From IMG/VR virus record IMGVR_UViG_645948442_000001, positions 32,001-96,000 of that record: 64,000 bases of DNA. The stretch is one strand, 5' to 3'. This stretch comes from a virus. Taxonomy: Duplodnaviria > Caudoviricetes. The number at the start of each line of letters is the position of its first letter. Position 1 is the stretch's first letter. Shown here one piece after another: positions 1 through 9,464 of this stretch. Made by a program: the position numbers and the translations under genes. The notes beneath the pieces were generated by a model. It had not been told where the DNA came from. It ran no database searches and saw nothing but the letters and a program-made list of their open reading frames with translations.

Positions 1-132
1 GACCTCACCAAATTCAACAAGGAGGCGCAGGTGTGGTTCGACAAGGGCACCGTCTCCCCAACCCAGGAAATGATCGACGAGCATTTCCCAAAACCGACGA
101 CCCATGGGCTGGGCGGATTTTTCAAAGGATGA
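1..132 (+). CDS. 3' end of a hypothetical protein (partial), ends THGLGGFFKG*
   Basis: Frame 1 is open from base 1 to TGA at 130-132 with genome-typical codons; not in the ORF track. Confidence 0.7.
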   Translation, partial: DLTKFNKEAQVWFDKGTVSPTQEMIDEHFPKPTTHGLGGFFKG

Positions 133-136
133 AACC

Positions 137-454
137 ATGTTCCAAGGCAAAGAATACAGTGGCTTGACGGAAGCCGAGGCCGACAAGGCAATCGCAGAAC
201 TGACCCCGCTGGAGAAGATGATCGCAGAGAAGTTGGCCAATGCCTTCCATGCTTCTCTGGTCAAGTTCTCTGGTCAAGGCGTGGACCTGAAAACGCTCAC
301 TCCCCTTCACAGCTTCGATGTGGGCCTGACGGTCAATCTGGAAGCAACCCAAGACCTGGTGTCTCTGGTTGGTGAGAAAGCGGCCTTCAACGCAGTGGCC
401 GAACATCTCGGCAAGCAGATTCTGACGAAGGTCATGGAGCAGCAGCCGCGCTGA
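137..454 (+). CDS. hypothetical protein
   Basis: ORF 104..454; likely start ATG 137 after AAGGA. Confidence 0.7.
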   Translation: MFQGKEYSGLTEAEADKAIAELTPLEKMIAEKLANAFHASLVKFSGQGVDLKTLTPLHSFDVGLTVNLEATQDLVSLVGEKAAFNAVAEHLGKQILTKVMEQQPR

Positions 455-471
455 TCAGAGTTGGTCAAAAG

Positions 472-506
472 AAATCCCCCTGAGCGTGAGCCCAGGGGGA
501 TTTTTG
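472..506. terminator. bidirectional intrinsic terminator
   Basis: AAATCCCCCTG/CAGGGGGATTT inverted repeat with A/T tracts between convergent genes. Confidence 0.8.
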
Positions 507-535
507 TTGCTGAAGGAGGGTCGCCCCTCCTTTCA

Positions 536-1855
536 TCAGGCGGTGATGCCCTTGATCAGCAGCTTGCGGCCATAGCCGTTTTCGCCTTGACCCAGACCCA
601 GACCCGTGGGCTTGGTGCCGTCGGCCTTTTGGGCGTAGAACGGGTTGGCGACCACGCCGTAACGGGTCTTGAAGGCCAGGCGGGGGTTCATGGAGTCTTC
701 ACCCAGACCACGGTACATTTCCAGAGGAGTGTACGGTGCGTAGAAGATACCAGCGTCCAGTTCGCTCTCGCCCTTGTAGACGATGTTGATGTAGTCCAGC
801 ACAGCATACGGGTCGATGAAGACCTTCATGCCGTTGGCCAGCACACCAGCGAACGTTTGGCCAGTGGCGTCCACGTCCAGACCAGCGTTGGCTGCCATCG
901 CGGGGGTGAAGTCCAGCATGCCGGCCATCGCCAGGGCCGAGGCCACGTTGGCGGAGCACAGCAGGCGGTTGCCCTTGCCACGACGAGTGTCGATGGCAAT
1001 CGCGTTGGCTTCCAGTTCGATGCGGAACATCAGGCCCTTCAGGCGCTCCACCAGCCAGCGGCCATCGGTGTCAGTCATCAGGTCGAAGATGCCGGCGCCG
1101 CCGAAGCCGAGCTTGGACGAAACGTTCAGGGTGCGGATGAACTCACGGTTCATTTCAGCCTGGATTTCGTTCACCAGCATGTCAGACAGGATCGCATCCA
1201 CGTCTTCGCCATGCACGGCGGCCATGTCCTGACGCAGCTCATGGCTGTAGTCAGCGTACAGGCCACGGCCCTTGGCAGACACGGACTGCTTCTCAACAGT
1301 CACAGCCATCTTGCCCCAGACCTTGCCACCCGTGGTGCCGAGAGTTTCCATCTCAGCGGTCGTCATGCCCTTGCCGTATGCAGGGTCAGCGCCGGAAGTG
1401 CCGCCAGTGAACTGATCCACCAGAGCCTTCGTGAAGCCGGAAGGGTCACCAGCGTCCACGGTGCCGTCACCGGAGTGGCCGGACTTGATGTCTTGGTAGA
1501 ACGCTTCATCACCAGTCTGGTTGTTGTAGCGAGCACGCATTGCGAAGATCAGGCCGTCAGGAGTGCCCAGAGGTTGGGTGCCCATGAAGTCCAGAGCGAT
1601 CAGGTTCGGCGTGGAACGCTTCACCATCGAGATCAGCACGGGAGACCAAGTGGCCACTGCACCAGTGGAGTTGCCAGGAGCGGCAGCTTCACCCAGGAAA
1701 CGGCGGTTTTCGTTGCACCACTGGGATTGGTTCTCCAGCAGGCGGGTCATGATGTCACGGCGAGACAGAGCCTTGCTCTTGTACTCATCCTTGTTATCCA
1801 GGACCGGCGCCCAGTCCTGGCGCATCTTTTCGGTAACCAGTTGACGTTGCGTCAT
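536..1855 (-). CDS. gp23: major capsid protein (T4 gp23-like)
   Basis: Motifs GTQPLGTPDGLIFAMRARY, ELRQD, EIQAEMNREFI, FYAPYTPL, FKTRYG. Confidence 0.97.
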   Translation of the reverse strand: MTQRQLVTEKMRQDWAPVLDNKDEYKSKALSRRDIMTRLLENQSQWCNENRRFLGEAAAPGNSTGAVATWSPVLISMVKRSTPNLIALDFMGTQPLGTPDGLIFAMRARYNNQTGDEAFYQDIKSGHSGDGTVDAGDPSGFTKALVDQFTGGTSGADPAYGKGMTTAEMETLGTTGGKVWGKMAVTVEKQSVSAKGRGLYADYSHELRQDMAAVHGEDVDAILSDMLVNEIQAEMNREFIRTLNVSSKLGFGGAGIFDLMTDTDGRWLVERLKGLMFRIELEANAIAIDTRRGKGNRLLCSANVASALAMAGMLDFTPAMAANAGLDVDATGQTFAGVLANGMKVFIDPYAVLDYINIVYKGESELDAGIFYAPYTPLEMYRGLGEDSMNPRLAFKTRYGVVANPFYAQKADGTKPTGLGLGQGENGYGRKLLIKGITA

Positions 1856-2002
1856 CTTAAACTCACTTTCAAAGTTGAGGGGAGAAACCCCTGTTGCTTC
1901 CTACTTAGGGAGCCTTAATCGATGGGTCAACCCAAGGGCCGACCTCATTCGTATCAGGACTTTCTCCCAACCTACACAACTACTTAGTCGCGTTGGTATT
2001 GA

Positions 2003-2803
2003 TTAGGCCGAGGGGGTTTCCAGACGGCCAGAGGACAGATAACGGGCTGCTTGGGCGGCCAGGCTTTCCGTGCCTTCGGTCAGTTGCTTCTGCTCGGGAG
2101 CACCAGCTGCGTTGTCTACGCCAGCACCGGCACCTTCGGTCAGGGTCTGCTTGTTCGGGGCGCCAGGGGCGACCGACTCGGTCAGAGCCTTGAACGTTTC
2201 CTTCAAGTCGCTCAGGCGCGTGGTGAACTGGTCCACGGTGCATGCGCCCATGGATTCCACCAGGCGGGTGAAGCGGTCAGCGGACACGTCCGTCATGCCT
2301 TGAGTGGCCTCTGCCAGCAGGGCGCCCTTGGCGCGCTTGTCTTCGGCTTCGTTGATGGCGGCCAGCTCTGTGCGCAGAGTCTTGATCTCAGATTCCTTCA
2401 GGTCCACGGCCTGGCGCATCTTCTCGACCGACTCAGCCAGTTGGGCGTCACCAGTCAGATTGAGGATAGCGAAGGACTCATGCAGCTGAGCGATGGCAGC
2501 GATGGCCATCTCGTTGCGTGCGCTTTCCACCAGAGCCTCGCCATTCTCAGCGAAGAACTGGTTGGTGGCTTCCTGCAGGGCAGCTGCCAGGGTGGCCACG
2601 GCGCCTGCGACGGCTTCGTCCACGCGAGCTTCGAAGCGTTGTTCAGCCGATTCCTGGATTTGGGCCACAGCCTCATCCAGCTTCACCTGCACAGCGGCTT
2701 TCACTTGCGATTCATGAATCTGGGAGACACGAGCAGTCACATCGCTGCTGATGCCTGCGCTCTCCAGAAGTTGCTTCAGTTCATCCATATCAAACTCCTT
2801 CAA
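2003..2803 (-). CDS. gp22: prohead core scaffold protein (gp22-like)
   Basis: Coiled-coil acidic protein between protease and capsid; many [LIV]xE[SAG] protease sites; start may be 2788. Confidence 0.85.
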   Translation of the reverse strand: MKEFDMDELKQLLESAGISSDVTARVSQIHESQVKAAVQVKLDEAVAQIQESAEQRFEARVDEAVAGAVATLAAALQEATNQFFAENGEALVESARNEMAIAAIAQLHESFAILNLTGDAQLAESVEKMRQAVDLKESEIKTLRTELAAINEAEDKRAKGALLAEATQGMTDVSADRFTRLVESMGACTVDQFTTRLSDLKETFKALTESVAPGAPNKQTLTEGAGAGVDNAAGAPEQKQLTEGTESLAAQAARYLSSGRLETPSA

Positions 2804-3492
2804 ACAAACATCGACACGTGCGAAGTGCCCGCGCCCTTTTGCCTCTCAATGTACTTATCCAGCGCATTGAGAAGCGCGGTTTCGTCAATCCGCTTGGCCT
2901 CTGGCGTGGCCGGGGCGGCGGTCTCGACGATCTCCTTGATGGTCGTTTTGGACCAGATGCCTGTCGGCGCCTGGACCCAGGACTCATTCAAGGCTCCCAC
3001 GTAGCAGACTTGGCCGGATGGCCGGTCTACTGCGTCGATTGCGTTGAGCTCATACTCGGTGACGTCGTCGATCCCGTCATACCCAGTGGACACATCACCA
3101 AGGCCCCGCGTGGACACGCCCAGGTTGAAACCTGCGTCCAGGAGACACTTGATGATACGGCCATCCTCCATCTCTTCAAGCACGAGGGCCTTGCCTGCGA
3201 CGTTGTCACCTTGCCAAGTCAAGGACTTGGTCAGCAGGGCCGCCCGCTTGATGTCAGGGAACGGGTATTCAGGGTGATTGAGTTCACCAATTGCTCGACG
3301 ATCCTGGACATAATCCTGGACATACCGATCAACCACACCTTCCATCAGCGACTTGCGATAGCGCCGACGGTTGCGGTTTGGCTTCTCGGTCATGATGAAG
3401 TTGCCCTCAAGGAACAACTTCCGCCCTTGCTTGGTCTGTTCGTTGAGAACCTCAACTCGCTCGACCGATTCGACCAGCAGTTTATTGCTCAC
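2800..3492 (-). CDS. gp21: prohead protease (gp21-like)
   Basis: NRNRRRY, GELNHP, LGVSTRGLG, DAVDRPS motifs. Confidence 0.95.
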   Translation of the reverse strand: MSNKLLVESVERVEVLNEQTKQGRKLFLEGNFIMTEKPNRNRRRYRKSLMEGVVDRYVQDYVQDRRAIGELNHPEYPFPDIKRAALLTKSLTWQGDNVAGKALVLEEMEDGRIIKCLLDAGFNLGVSTRGLGDVSTGYDGIDDVTEYELNAIDAVDRPSGQVCYVGALNESWVQAPTGIWSKTTIKEIVETAAPATPEAKRIDETALLNALDKYIERQKGAGTSHVSMFV

Positions 3493-3761
3493 AACCCATA
3501 CCTCGCTCGGAATTTGAATGCCTTCTTGACCTTCCTGGCCGTCTTCGTCTGAAGAGAAGCACCCTGTGCAGCCTTGTTCTTGACCATCTTGCGAGACGCA
3601 ACCCGCATGGTCTGCTTCTCAGATGCACCGATGGGAACGCAGGCCGTACCAGTGTCGTTCAGCTTGTAGCCAGGAGGGCACTTCAGACGCTTGTTCTTCG
3701 CACCCCTGGAATCCACTTGGACCCAGAAGCGTTCAGCAATCATCTTCAGCAGATCGCTCAT
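3489..3761 (-). CDS. gp68: prohead core protein (gp68-like)
   Basis: Small basic protein between portal and protease; CPPGYK motif. Confidence 0.7.
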   Translation of the reverse strand: MSDLLKMIAERFWVQVDSRGAKNKRLKCPPGYKLNDTGTACVPIGASEKQTMRVASRKMVKNKAAQGASLQTKTARKVKKAFKFRARYGL

Positions 3762-3794
3762 GTTGATTACCCTCCATGGAGATACTTAGTCAAG

Positions 3795-5522
3795 TCATTC
3801 TTCGCTTGATTCGGGCTTAGGAGCTGGCTTATCCTTCTTCGGTGGGGGAGCGTCACCCCCATCGTCGCCGGAGCCGCCGAACGGGTCTCCCCCAGGCTCT
3901 ATTCCCATTGCCGCACCGAACTCAGACATGTCCTTTTTGATCAGGGTGTCCTCCTTGGCGCGCTCATCGTCCGTCAGCTTGAGAATCTTCTCCTGGATGA
4001 AGCTCCGAGACACCAGGGTGTTCAGCCCGGCTGCGGAAGCAGCGGCTTCCATCCTATCACGCATCTGGCTTGCTTCCTTCTGGTCTTCCACATAGGAATC
4101 GCCAGCGAATTCGAAAGAGATGTATGGGCCGATGTCCTTCTCGTACTCCTCCTCGGTGCAGATGCCCTTGAGCACCAGCTGAGTCTTGAGGAGCTGACTG
4201 AAGATCATGGCGTACCGACGACGCAGGCGCTGGATGAACTTGTTGAACTTCCATTCGTCCCGCGTGATCTCACCACCGTTGCCCCCGAACAGAGCACTGG
4301 CGCCGTCTGTCTCCAGACGACCCACAGGCACGTTCAGAGCACGGAACATGACTTTCTGGAAGTACAGAATGTCTTCGATCTGGCCCAGGTTCTGGCCAGC
4401 CTGGAGGGTGGTGATCTCAGAACCACGCTGACCCTCGCGACGAGCCATGAACATGTCCTGGATGACAGACTCTTGAGTCGTGGCGCCAGACACCTTGCCT
4501 GTGACCGAGTCATAGTAGAACTGGGTGCGCGCATTGCGAGCGTACTCAGCCACCATCTCGCGAGATGCTTTGGGTGGCAGGGAGCCAACGTCCACATAGT
4601 GAACACGGCGCTCAGGCGCTCGCGTCATGCGATAGATGACCATCGCGTCGCGCATCATCTTCAAGTTGTTCAGCGGCTTGCGGGCTTTCTCCAGATGGCT
4701 GAAGATCAGACCGCCGTCAGGCGACAGCAGACCACTGTGGCAGAAAGCAATCATCTTGGTGTCAATCCTGAGCACCTCCTTGATCGCAGTCACACGCAGA
4801 CCGTTGCTGATGGGGGATGGGGTCGTCAGGCTGCCACCATACGTGGCGTCAATGGCCCAGCTGGGGTTGTACAGGAAATATTCAGCCTCATTGGTGATGA
4901 CCTCCCGACGCTCCTTGTTGTCCACCTTGCGTTCGATGTGCTGTACCTTCTTGAGTGCCCGAGGGTCCAGCTGGATCAGCATCTGGATGCCCTCTCCGGG
5001 TTTCTCATTGTTCACGATGATCTGGAAATACTGACGACCATCAGTGTACCACTGGCGCACCTTCTCGTACCCCGTCTGGCGGAAGTCCATCAGATGAAGC
5101 AGATAGTCAAACTCAGTGGCAATCTTCTTGAGAGTGGACTTGCTCACAGCATCAGAGCCGTCCGGCTTCTGTCGCATCTTCACGTTGACAGGGGACACAT
5201 CTTCGTCAGTGGTGACCATAGCGTTGATGACGTCATCCACCGCGATGTCCACATCTGGGTCTTGGGTCATCGAGCGATACTCGTTCACCAACATCGCCCC
5301 AGTCTGGAACGATGCCTCAATGGCTGTGCCCGGGTTGGAGAACAGAGACTGGTCGATCATGTGACCGCCCGAGTCGTCCGGCATCTGCAACATCTGGGAA
5401 AGCAGTGCCTTCTTGTCTTCTTCCTTCTTGTCCTTGAGCCGGTCATTGTTGGCCCAACCGTCCCGGTTGAACACTTGGGCAAACCGGCCTGCCGCCCCGA
5501 AGTTGAAATTGAATGCTGGCAC
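3795..5522 (-). CDS. gp20: portal protein (gp20-like)
   Basis: WYTDGR, YRMTRAPERRVHYVDVG, RREGQRGSEITTL, EITRDEWKF. Confidence 0.97.
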   Translation of the reverse strand: MPAFNFNFGAAGRFAQVFNRDGWANNDRLKDKKEEDKKALLSQMLQMPDDSGGHMIDQSLFSNPGTAIEASFQTGAMLVNEYRSMTQDPDVDIAVDDVINAMVTTDEDVSPVNVKMRQKPDGSDAVSKSTLKKIATEFDYLLHLMDFRQTGYEKVRQWYTDGRQYFQIIVNNEKPGEGIQMLIQLDPRALKKVQHIERKVDNKERREVITNEAEYFLYNPSWAIDATYGGSLTTPSPISNGLRVTAIKEVLRIDTKMIAFCHSGLLSPDGGLIFSHLEKARKPLNNLKMMRDAMVIYRMTRAPERRVHYVDVGSLPPKASREMVAEYARNARTQFYYDSVTGKVSGATTQESVIQDMFMARREGQRGSEITTLQAGQNLGQIEDILYFQKVMFRALNVPVGRLETDGASALFGGNGGEITRDEWKFNKFIQRLRRRYAMIFSQLLKTQLVLKGICTEEEYEKDIGPYISFEFAGDSYVEDQKEASQMRDRMEAAASAAGLNTLVSRSFIQEKILKLTDDERAKEDTLIKKDMSEFGAAMGIEPGGDPFGGSGDDGGDAPPPKKDKPAPKPESSEE

Positions 5523-5550
5523 TGTCAGCCTCCCCTATGGTATAACACCT

Positions 5551-5592
5551 GTATTTAGCAAAAGAAAAGCCCCTCCAGTTGAGGAGGGGCTT
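5551..5592 (-). promoter_or_regulatory. terminator hairpin plus late promoter cassette (near-identical to 19673-19712)
   Basis: AGCCCCTC stem, T-tract, then TAAATA on minus strand just upstream of portal. Confidence 0.75.
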
Positions 5593-5600
5593 GAGTCAGA

Positions 5601-6305
5601 TCAGTCGATCTTGAACTTTCCGGTCATGGACCGCACCTTGGTCTCCAGGGGCTTCAGCTTGGCGACCAGAGCCTTGTGGTCGGTCTTCAGCTTTTGCATT
5701 TCCGCGTTGCTGGCGGATACAGCAGCCCGGTCACCAGACAGTTCCGTGTCGCCATGCTTGCGGGAGTTGGCCTGCATCTTGTCATTGATGACGTCCATTT
5801 GCTGGTTGATCTTTTTGATCTCAGCCTTGAGCTTCTTCACCTCAGGGGTGTCAGCCGCTTCATGGAGTCCAACGCGAAAGGCATTGAGAATCGACTCAGC
5901 CAGAGTTTCCTTCAGGGCCTCGTTGACCTTGCCCTTCTTGTCAGCAAACTCGCAGTTGTCGTTTTCCTTCTTGGCGTCAGGCTGACCATTGCTAGCAGGC
6001 GCTCCGTCAATCTTCGGGCCACCCTTCGTGCCGTTCGGGGTACCATTGGGGCTACCCTTGCCGTTAGCATCCTTGGGATCAGGAGCGCGCTTGTCGGGCA
6101 GACCTTCACCCTTGTTGGGGTTGGGGCTGCCGGCGCCCAGCGGGTTGGCTTCAGACTTCTTGGTCTTGTCACCAATGCCAGCCGTGTCAGCCACTCCATT
6201 CGGGGTGCCGTTGGGGTTGCCCTTGCCGACCAGATCCTTGTTGGCGCTTTCGGTCAGCTTCTTGGCGAACAGGGCACCGAAACCCTCAGTCTTGAACATA
6301 TTCAT
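5601..6305 (-). CDS. hypothetical protein, possible internal head protein
   Basis: GKGxPNGTPNG repeat twice, several LxE sites, C-terminal coiled coil; GGAG RBS. Confidence 0.65.
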   Translation of the reverse strand: MNMFKTEGFGALFAKKLTESANKDLVGKGNPNGTPNGVADTAGIGDKTKKSEANPLGAGSPNPNKGEGLPDKRAPDPKDANGKGSPNGTPNGTKGGPKIDGAPASNGQPDAKKENDNCEFADKKGKVNEALKETLAESILNAFRVGLHEAADTPEVKKLKAEIKKINQQMDVINDKMQANSRKHGDTELSGDRAAVSASNAEMQKLKTDHKALVAKLKPLETKVRSMTGKFKID

Positions 6306-6346
6306 ATGAATCTCCTATGAGGGGCTGTCAGCCCCATTGCCTTTGC

Positions 6347-6874
6347 TTATCGCGTCGTGTTCGACTCAAGGTACATGTAACGGAAGGTCACAGTGAACTC
6401 CGAGAACGAGTCCATGGAGCCAGAGTCCATTTCCATGCCAGAAACCAGAGTGGGGAAGGCATCCTTCAGCACATAGGTCTTGGTGGGGTTGTCGTTGCTG
6501 TCCAGCAGGTCCAGTTGGATGTCTCGGACGATGTCGATCAGCGCAGACAGACCAGTGTTGGAGTTGGAGCCGTTGATGGCTTCAGACCAACGCTCGAAAG
6601 CATTGCGGGTCTCCATGTCGTTCACACCAATGAACGTCACGCTGAATTCCTCGTATGTGCGGTCACCCGGCACAGGGAGGATACGACCGCCCCAACCCAC
6701 TTCCATCACACCCAGGGTGGAGGGAGGAGTCGTGGTAGTGCGAGCCAGCAGAGTCGTCTGGCGGATGGTCTCGTTGGTGGCGGCGTAGGTGGGGAAGTTC
6801 ACCATCACCGACCACTTGTTCTGGCGGACCAGGCCAGAGCGGATAGCACCGCGGAATTCGGTCAAATTGGCCAT
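6347..6874 (-). CDS. gp19: tail tube protein (gp19-like)
   Basis: PGDRTYEEFSVTF, RNAFERW, FPT, EFTVTFRY. Confidence 0.95.
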   Translation of the reverse strand: MANLTEFRGAIRSGLVRQNKWSVMVNFPTYAATNETIRQTTLLARTTTTPPSTLGVMEVGWGGRILPVPGDRTYEEFSVTFIGVNDMETRNAFERWSEAINGSNSNTGLSALIDIVRDIQLDLLDSNDNPTKTYVLKDAFPTLVSGMEMDSGSMDSFSEFTVTFRYMYLESNTTR

Positions 6875-6934
6875 TCTATGCTCCTATGATCAATTGGGCT
6901 CAGAAACGGAGGCCCCTGCGGGCCTCCAGTTTCA

Positions 6935-9418
6935 TCAGGTCAGCTCAACCTCATCGAAGTTGATGCCAGGGCGCACTGCGTCGAAGTGGAGGTCAATCCA
7001 GTTGATGCTGTACAGCGGACGGATGCGGATGTGACCGACCATTCGGTTCTCAGCACGCACGTCAGGGCCGTTGTTGCGGTCGTCGCAGATCAGCTGGAAG
7101 TCCTCAAACGCCCGACCAGCCACCATGTTGCGGAGGAACGGGCGAGCCGCGTTCAACCACTGGTTGCGGGTGTAAGGGTCGTTGATTTCGAACAGGTACT
7201 GGCGGCTGAAGTTGGCCAGAGACTTCTGAGCAACGATGAACGCCATGCGCGTATTCACTCGGCTGAACGAGCTGGGACGCTGAGTGGACATCTTGTCACC
7301 GTACAGCACCATGCCTTCGCCGGGGAACGTCACAGCCGAGTTGACCCCGACCTTGTACAGCGTGTCACGGGAACCCTTGTTCGCCGACCAGGCCATGCGC
7401 TTGTAATTCTTGTACAGACCGCGCTGGTGGCCGGAGAAGTTGGTCCACGGATAGCCGTTGAGGGCAGCGCGTGCCTGCAGCCCAGCGGTGCCACCGCAGA
7501 TAGGGATCCAACGATCCTTGTCGTTGTACTTGTCGTAGATCAGGCCCCAGTTGTCGTTGTTGAACAGGTACGTGCTGTCACGGTTCACCTGGTTCACACG
7601 CCAATCGTGCACGGCCTCGGTCTCGCGACCCTTGTTGTTCACCACGTTGCGGAATTGGGGGCTCAGGTGACCCACAACGTCGCGACGGGTTTCAACCACA
7701 TCCACCAGCGCCTTTTGCTCACTGATGTTGCCAGCGATCCAGACATAGTTCACGTCCAGCGCTTCCGCGTTGTCCAGGAGCTTGATGCCCGTTTCCTTGG
7801 AAACAGTGTAGTCGTCCACGCCACCAGACAGTTCGATCGTGCCAGCCGCGAAGGGCTGAGCGCGGTCTGCCCAGTAGACGTAGCGGCTGGACTGGCGCAG
7901 GCTGTCGAAGATGTTCTTCAGCGTGCCATCAGCAAATTTGTCACCTGGCTTGGTCGTCTGGATTTCGTAACGCTCCAGCAGAGTGCCCAGTTGACCCTGG
8001 ACGCTCACGCCATACGTGAATTCCAGACCGGCTTGGGTCTCGGGGGTCACCAGCACAGGCTTCAGCCCAGCTTCCTTGTGGGCGAAGTGGATCGTGGTCC
8101 GCTCAACTCGGATGTCCTCGAACTCTTCGCTGAAGTCAGCATTGGCTGCCAGGGCAGTTGCAATCGCACTCGCCACCTGGGCCGTGGTCATCTGAGCAGT
8201 CACCAGGACGTTGGCACCGAAAACGGTGATCACGTCGTTACCGGGCGAACCGTTGGACACAACGGTCTCGACCATCGTGATGCCTTGGCGCTCAGCGGGC
8301 ACGGGGATAGCAGCCTGCGGACCCTTGGCCACCAGGTGGTAGGTCACGATGTCGTTCGTGCTGTCATACGCCACGTTGGTGATCACTTGGCTGGTGGCCG
8401 AAGCAGTCACGAACTTCTGGGACACGGCAGCGGAGGTGTCAGCCTCGGCAATCGTGAAAGTGAAGTCAGCGAAGATCACAGAGGAGCTCACTTGACCGTC
8501 ACCAGCGCGAGTCTGCTTGTTCAGTGCGTTTGCGCTGCCAGAACCACTGATCAAGACACTCTCGCCAACCAGGTCTTCGTAGTCGTACTTGATCGCGAAT
8601 GCGCCCATGTAGTTGTAGCCCACGCTGCTCGGCATGAACAGAGCAGGTTGCTTCATCATGGCTGCCACGATGCGGGGATACACGTCAGTGTCACTCTCAC
8701 CGGGCATGAACGGGACCATCAGGTCGCCGATAGGGACTTCGCCACCCTTGGCGTGATCGGTGATGGACAGCTTGAAGTCAGTGATCGCGTAGGTCTTGGT
8801 GGCAGGGCCGCCAGCAAACTTCAGAGAACGCACTTCTCTGGTCGGGGAGGCGTCAACCTCGCCATACACCGACAGGCTCTCGCGTTGCTTGCTGCGCCCT
8901 TGACCGGAGAAGCGGCCGGAGCCGTCAACGACAGCCACAGCATATTCACCAGCACCGGGCACATACTCGAAAGCCTGGGCGAATTCCCAGGTGGGGAAGC
9001 GAGCGGCGTCGGCGATATCCAGAGTCAGGCCGTTGCCCAGAGAGCCGGGATAGCGAGCAATCACGGTCTGACCGGGATGGATAGAGCCATCGAAGTCGTC
9101 TTCGTTGTTGATCAGAACAGCTTCGCCCACTGCGGTTGCGTTCTTGGCGTTCTTGCCCACCACACGAGTGAACCACATCTTGGCCGAGTAGGTCAAGAAG
9201 TCGATGGACGTCAGCATGTCCAGATACGTGGACTCGTCTGGCTTGTGGAACTTGGTCACCAGCTCAGCCTCGCCGCCAGTGATCAAAACGGGAGTGCCGG
9301 CAGGCCCCCAAGGTGTGTAACCGGCGGAACCGCCGATGTAGTCAGCTTGCTGGACAACCGCGAGGGACTGGAAGTCCGACTCGAAGATGTTCACAGACGG
9401 AGAGATGTAAAAAGCCAC
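6935..9418 (-). CDS. gp18: tail sheath protein (gp18-like) with internal insertion
   Basis: SPSV N-terminus, WGP, ARYPGSLGN, YDKYND, FEINDPYTR, CDDRNN. Confidence 0.95.
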   Translation of the reverse strand: MAFYISPSVNIFESDFQSLAVVQQADYIGGSAGYTPWGPAGTPVLITGGEAELVTKFHKPDESTYLDMLTSIDFLTYSAKMWFTRVVGKNAKNATAVGEAVLINNEDDFDGSIHPGQTVIARYPGSLGNGLTLDIADAARFPTWEFAQAFEYVPGAGEYAVAVVDGSGRFSGQGRSKQRESLSVYGEVDASPTREVRSLKFAGGPATKTYAITDFKLSITDHAKGGEVPIGDLMVPFMPGESDTDVYPRIVAAMMKQPALFMPSSVGYNYMGAFAIKYDYEDLVGESVLISGSGSANALNKQTRAGDGQVSSSVIFADFTFTIAEADTSAAVSQKFVTASATSQVITNVAYDSTNDIVTYHLVAKGPQAAIPVPAERQGITMVETVVSNGSPGNDVITVFGANVLVTAQMTTAQVASAIATALAANADFSEEFEDIRVERTTIHFAHKEAGLKPVLVTPETQAGLEFTYGVSVQGQLGTLLERYEIQTTKPGDKFADGTLKNIFDSLRQSSRYVYWADRAQPFAAGTIELSGGVDDYTVSKETGIKLLDNAEALDVNYVWIAGNISEQKALVDVVETRRDVVGHLSPQFRNVVNNKGRETEAVHDWRVNQVNRDSTYLFNNDNWGLIYDKYNDKDRWIPICGGTAGLQARAALNGYPWTNFSGHQRGLYKNYKRMAWSANKGSRDTLYKVGVNSAVTFPGEGMVLYGDKMSTQRPSSFSRVNTRMAFIVAQKSLANFSRQYLFEINDPYTRNQWLNAARPFLRNMVAGRAFEDFQLICDDRNNGPDVRAENRMVGHIRIRPLYSINWIDLHFDAVRPGINFDEVELT

Positions 9419-9464
9419 GAAATGCTCCTTTCGATTCAGTACCTGTATTTAGTCAAGTGGAAAC

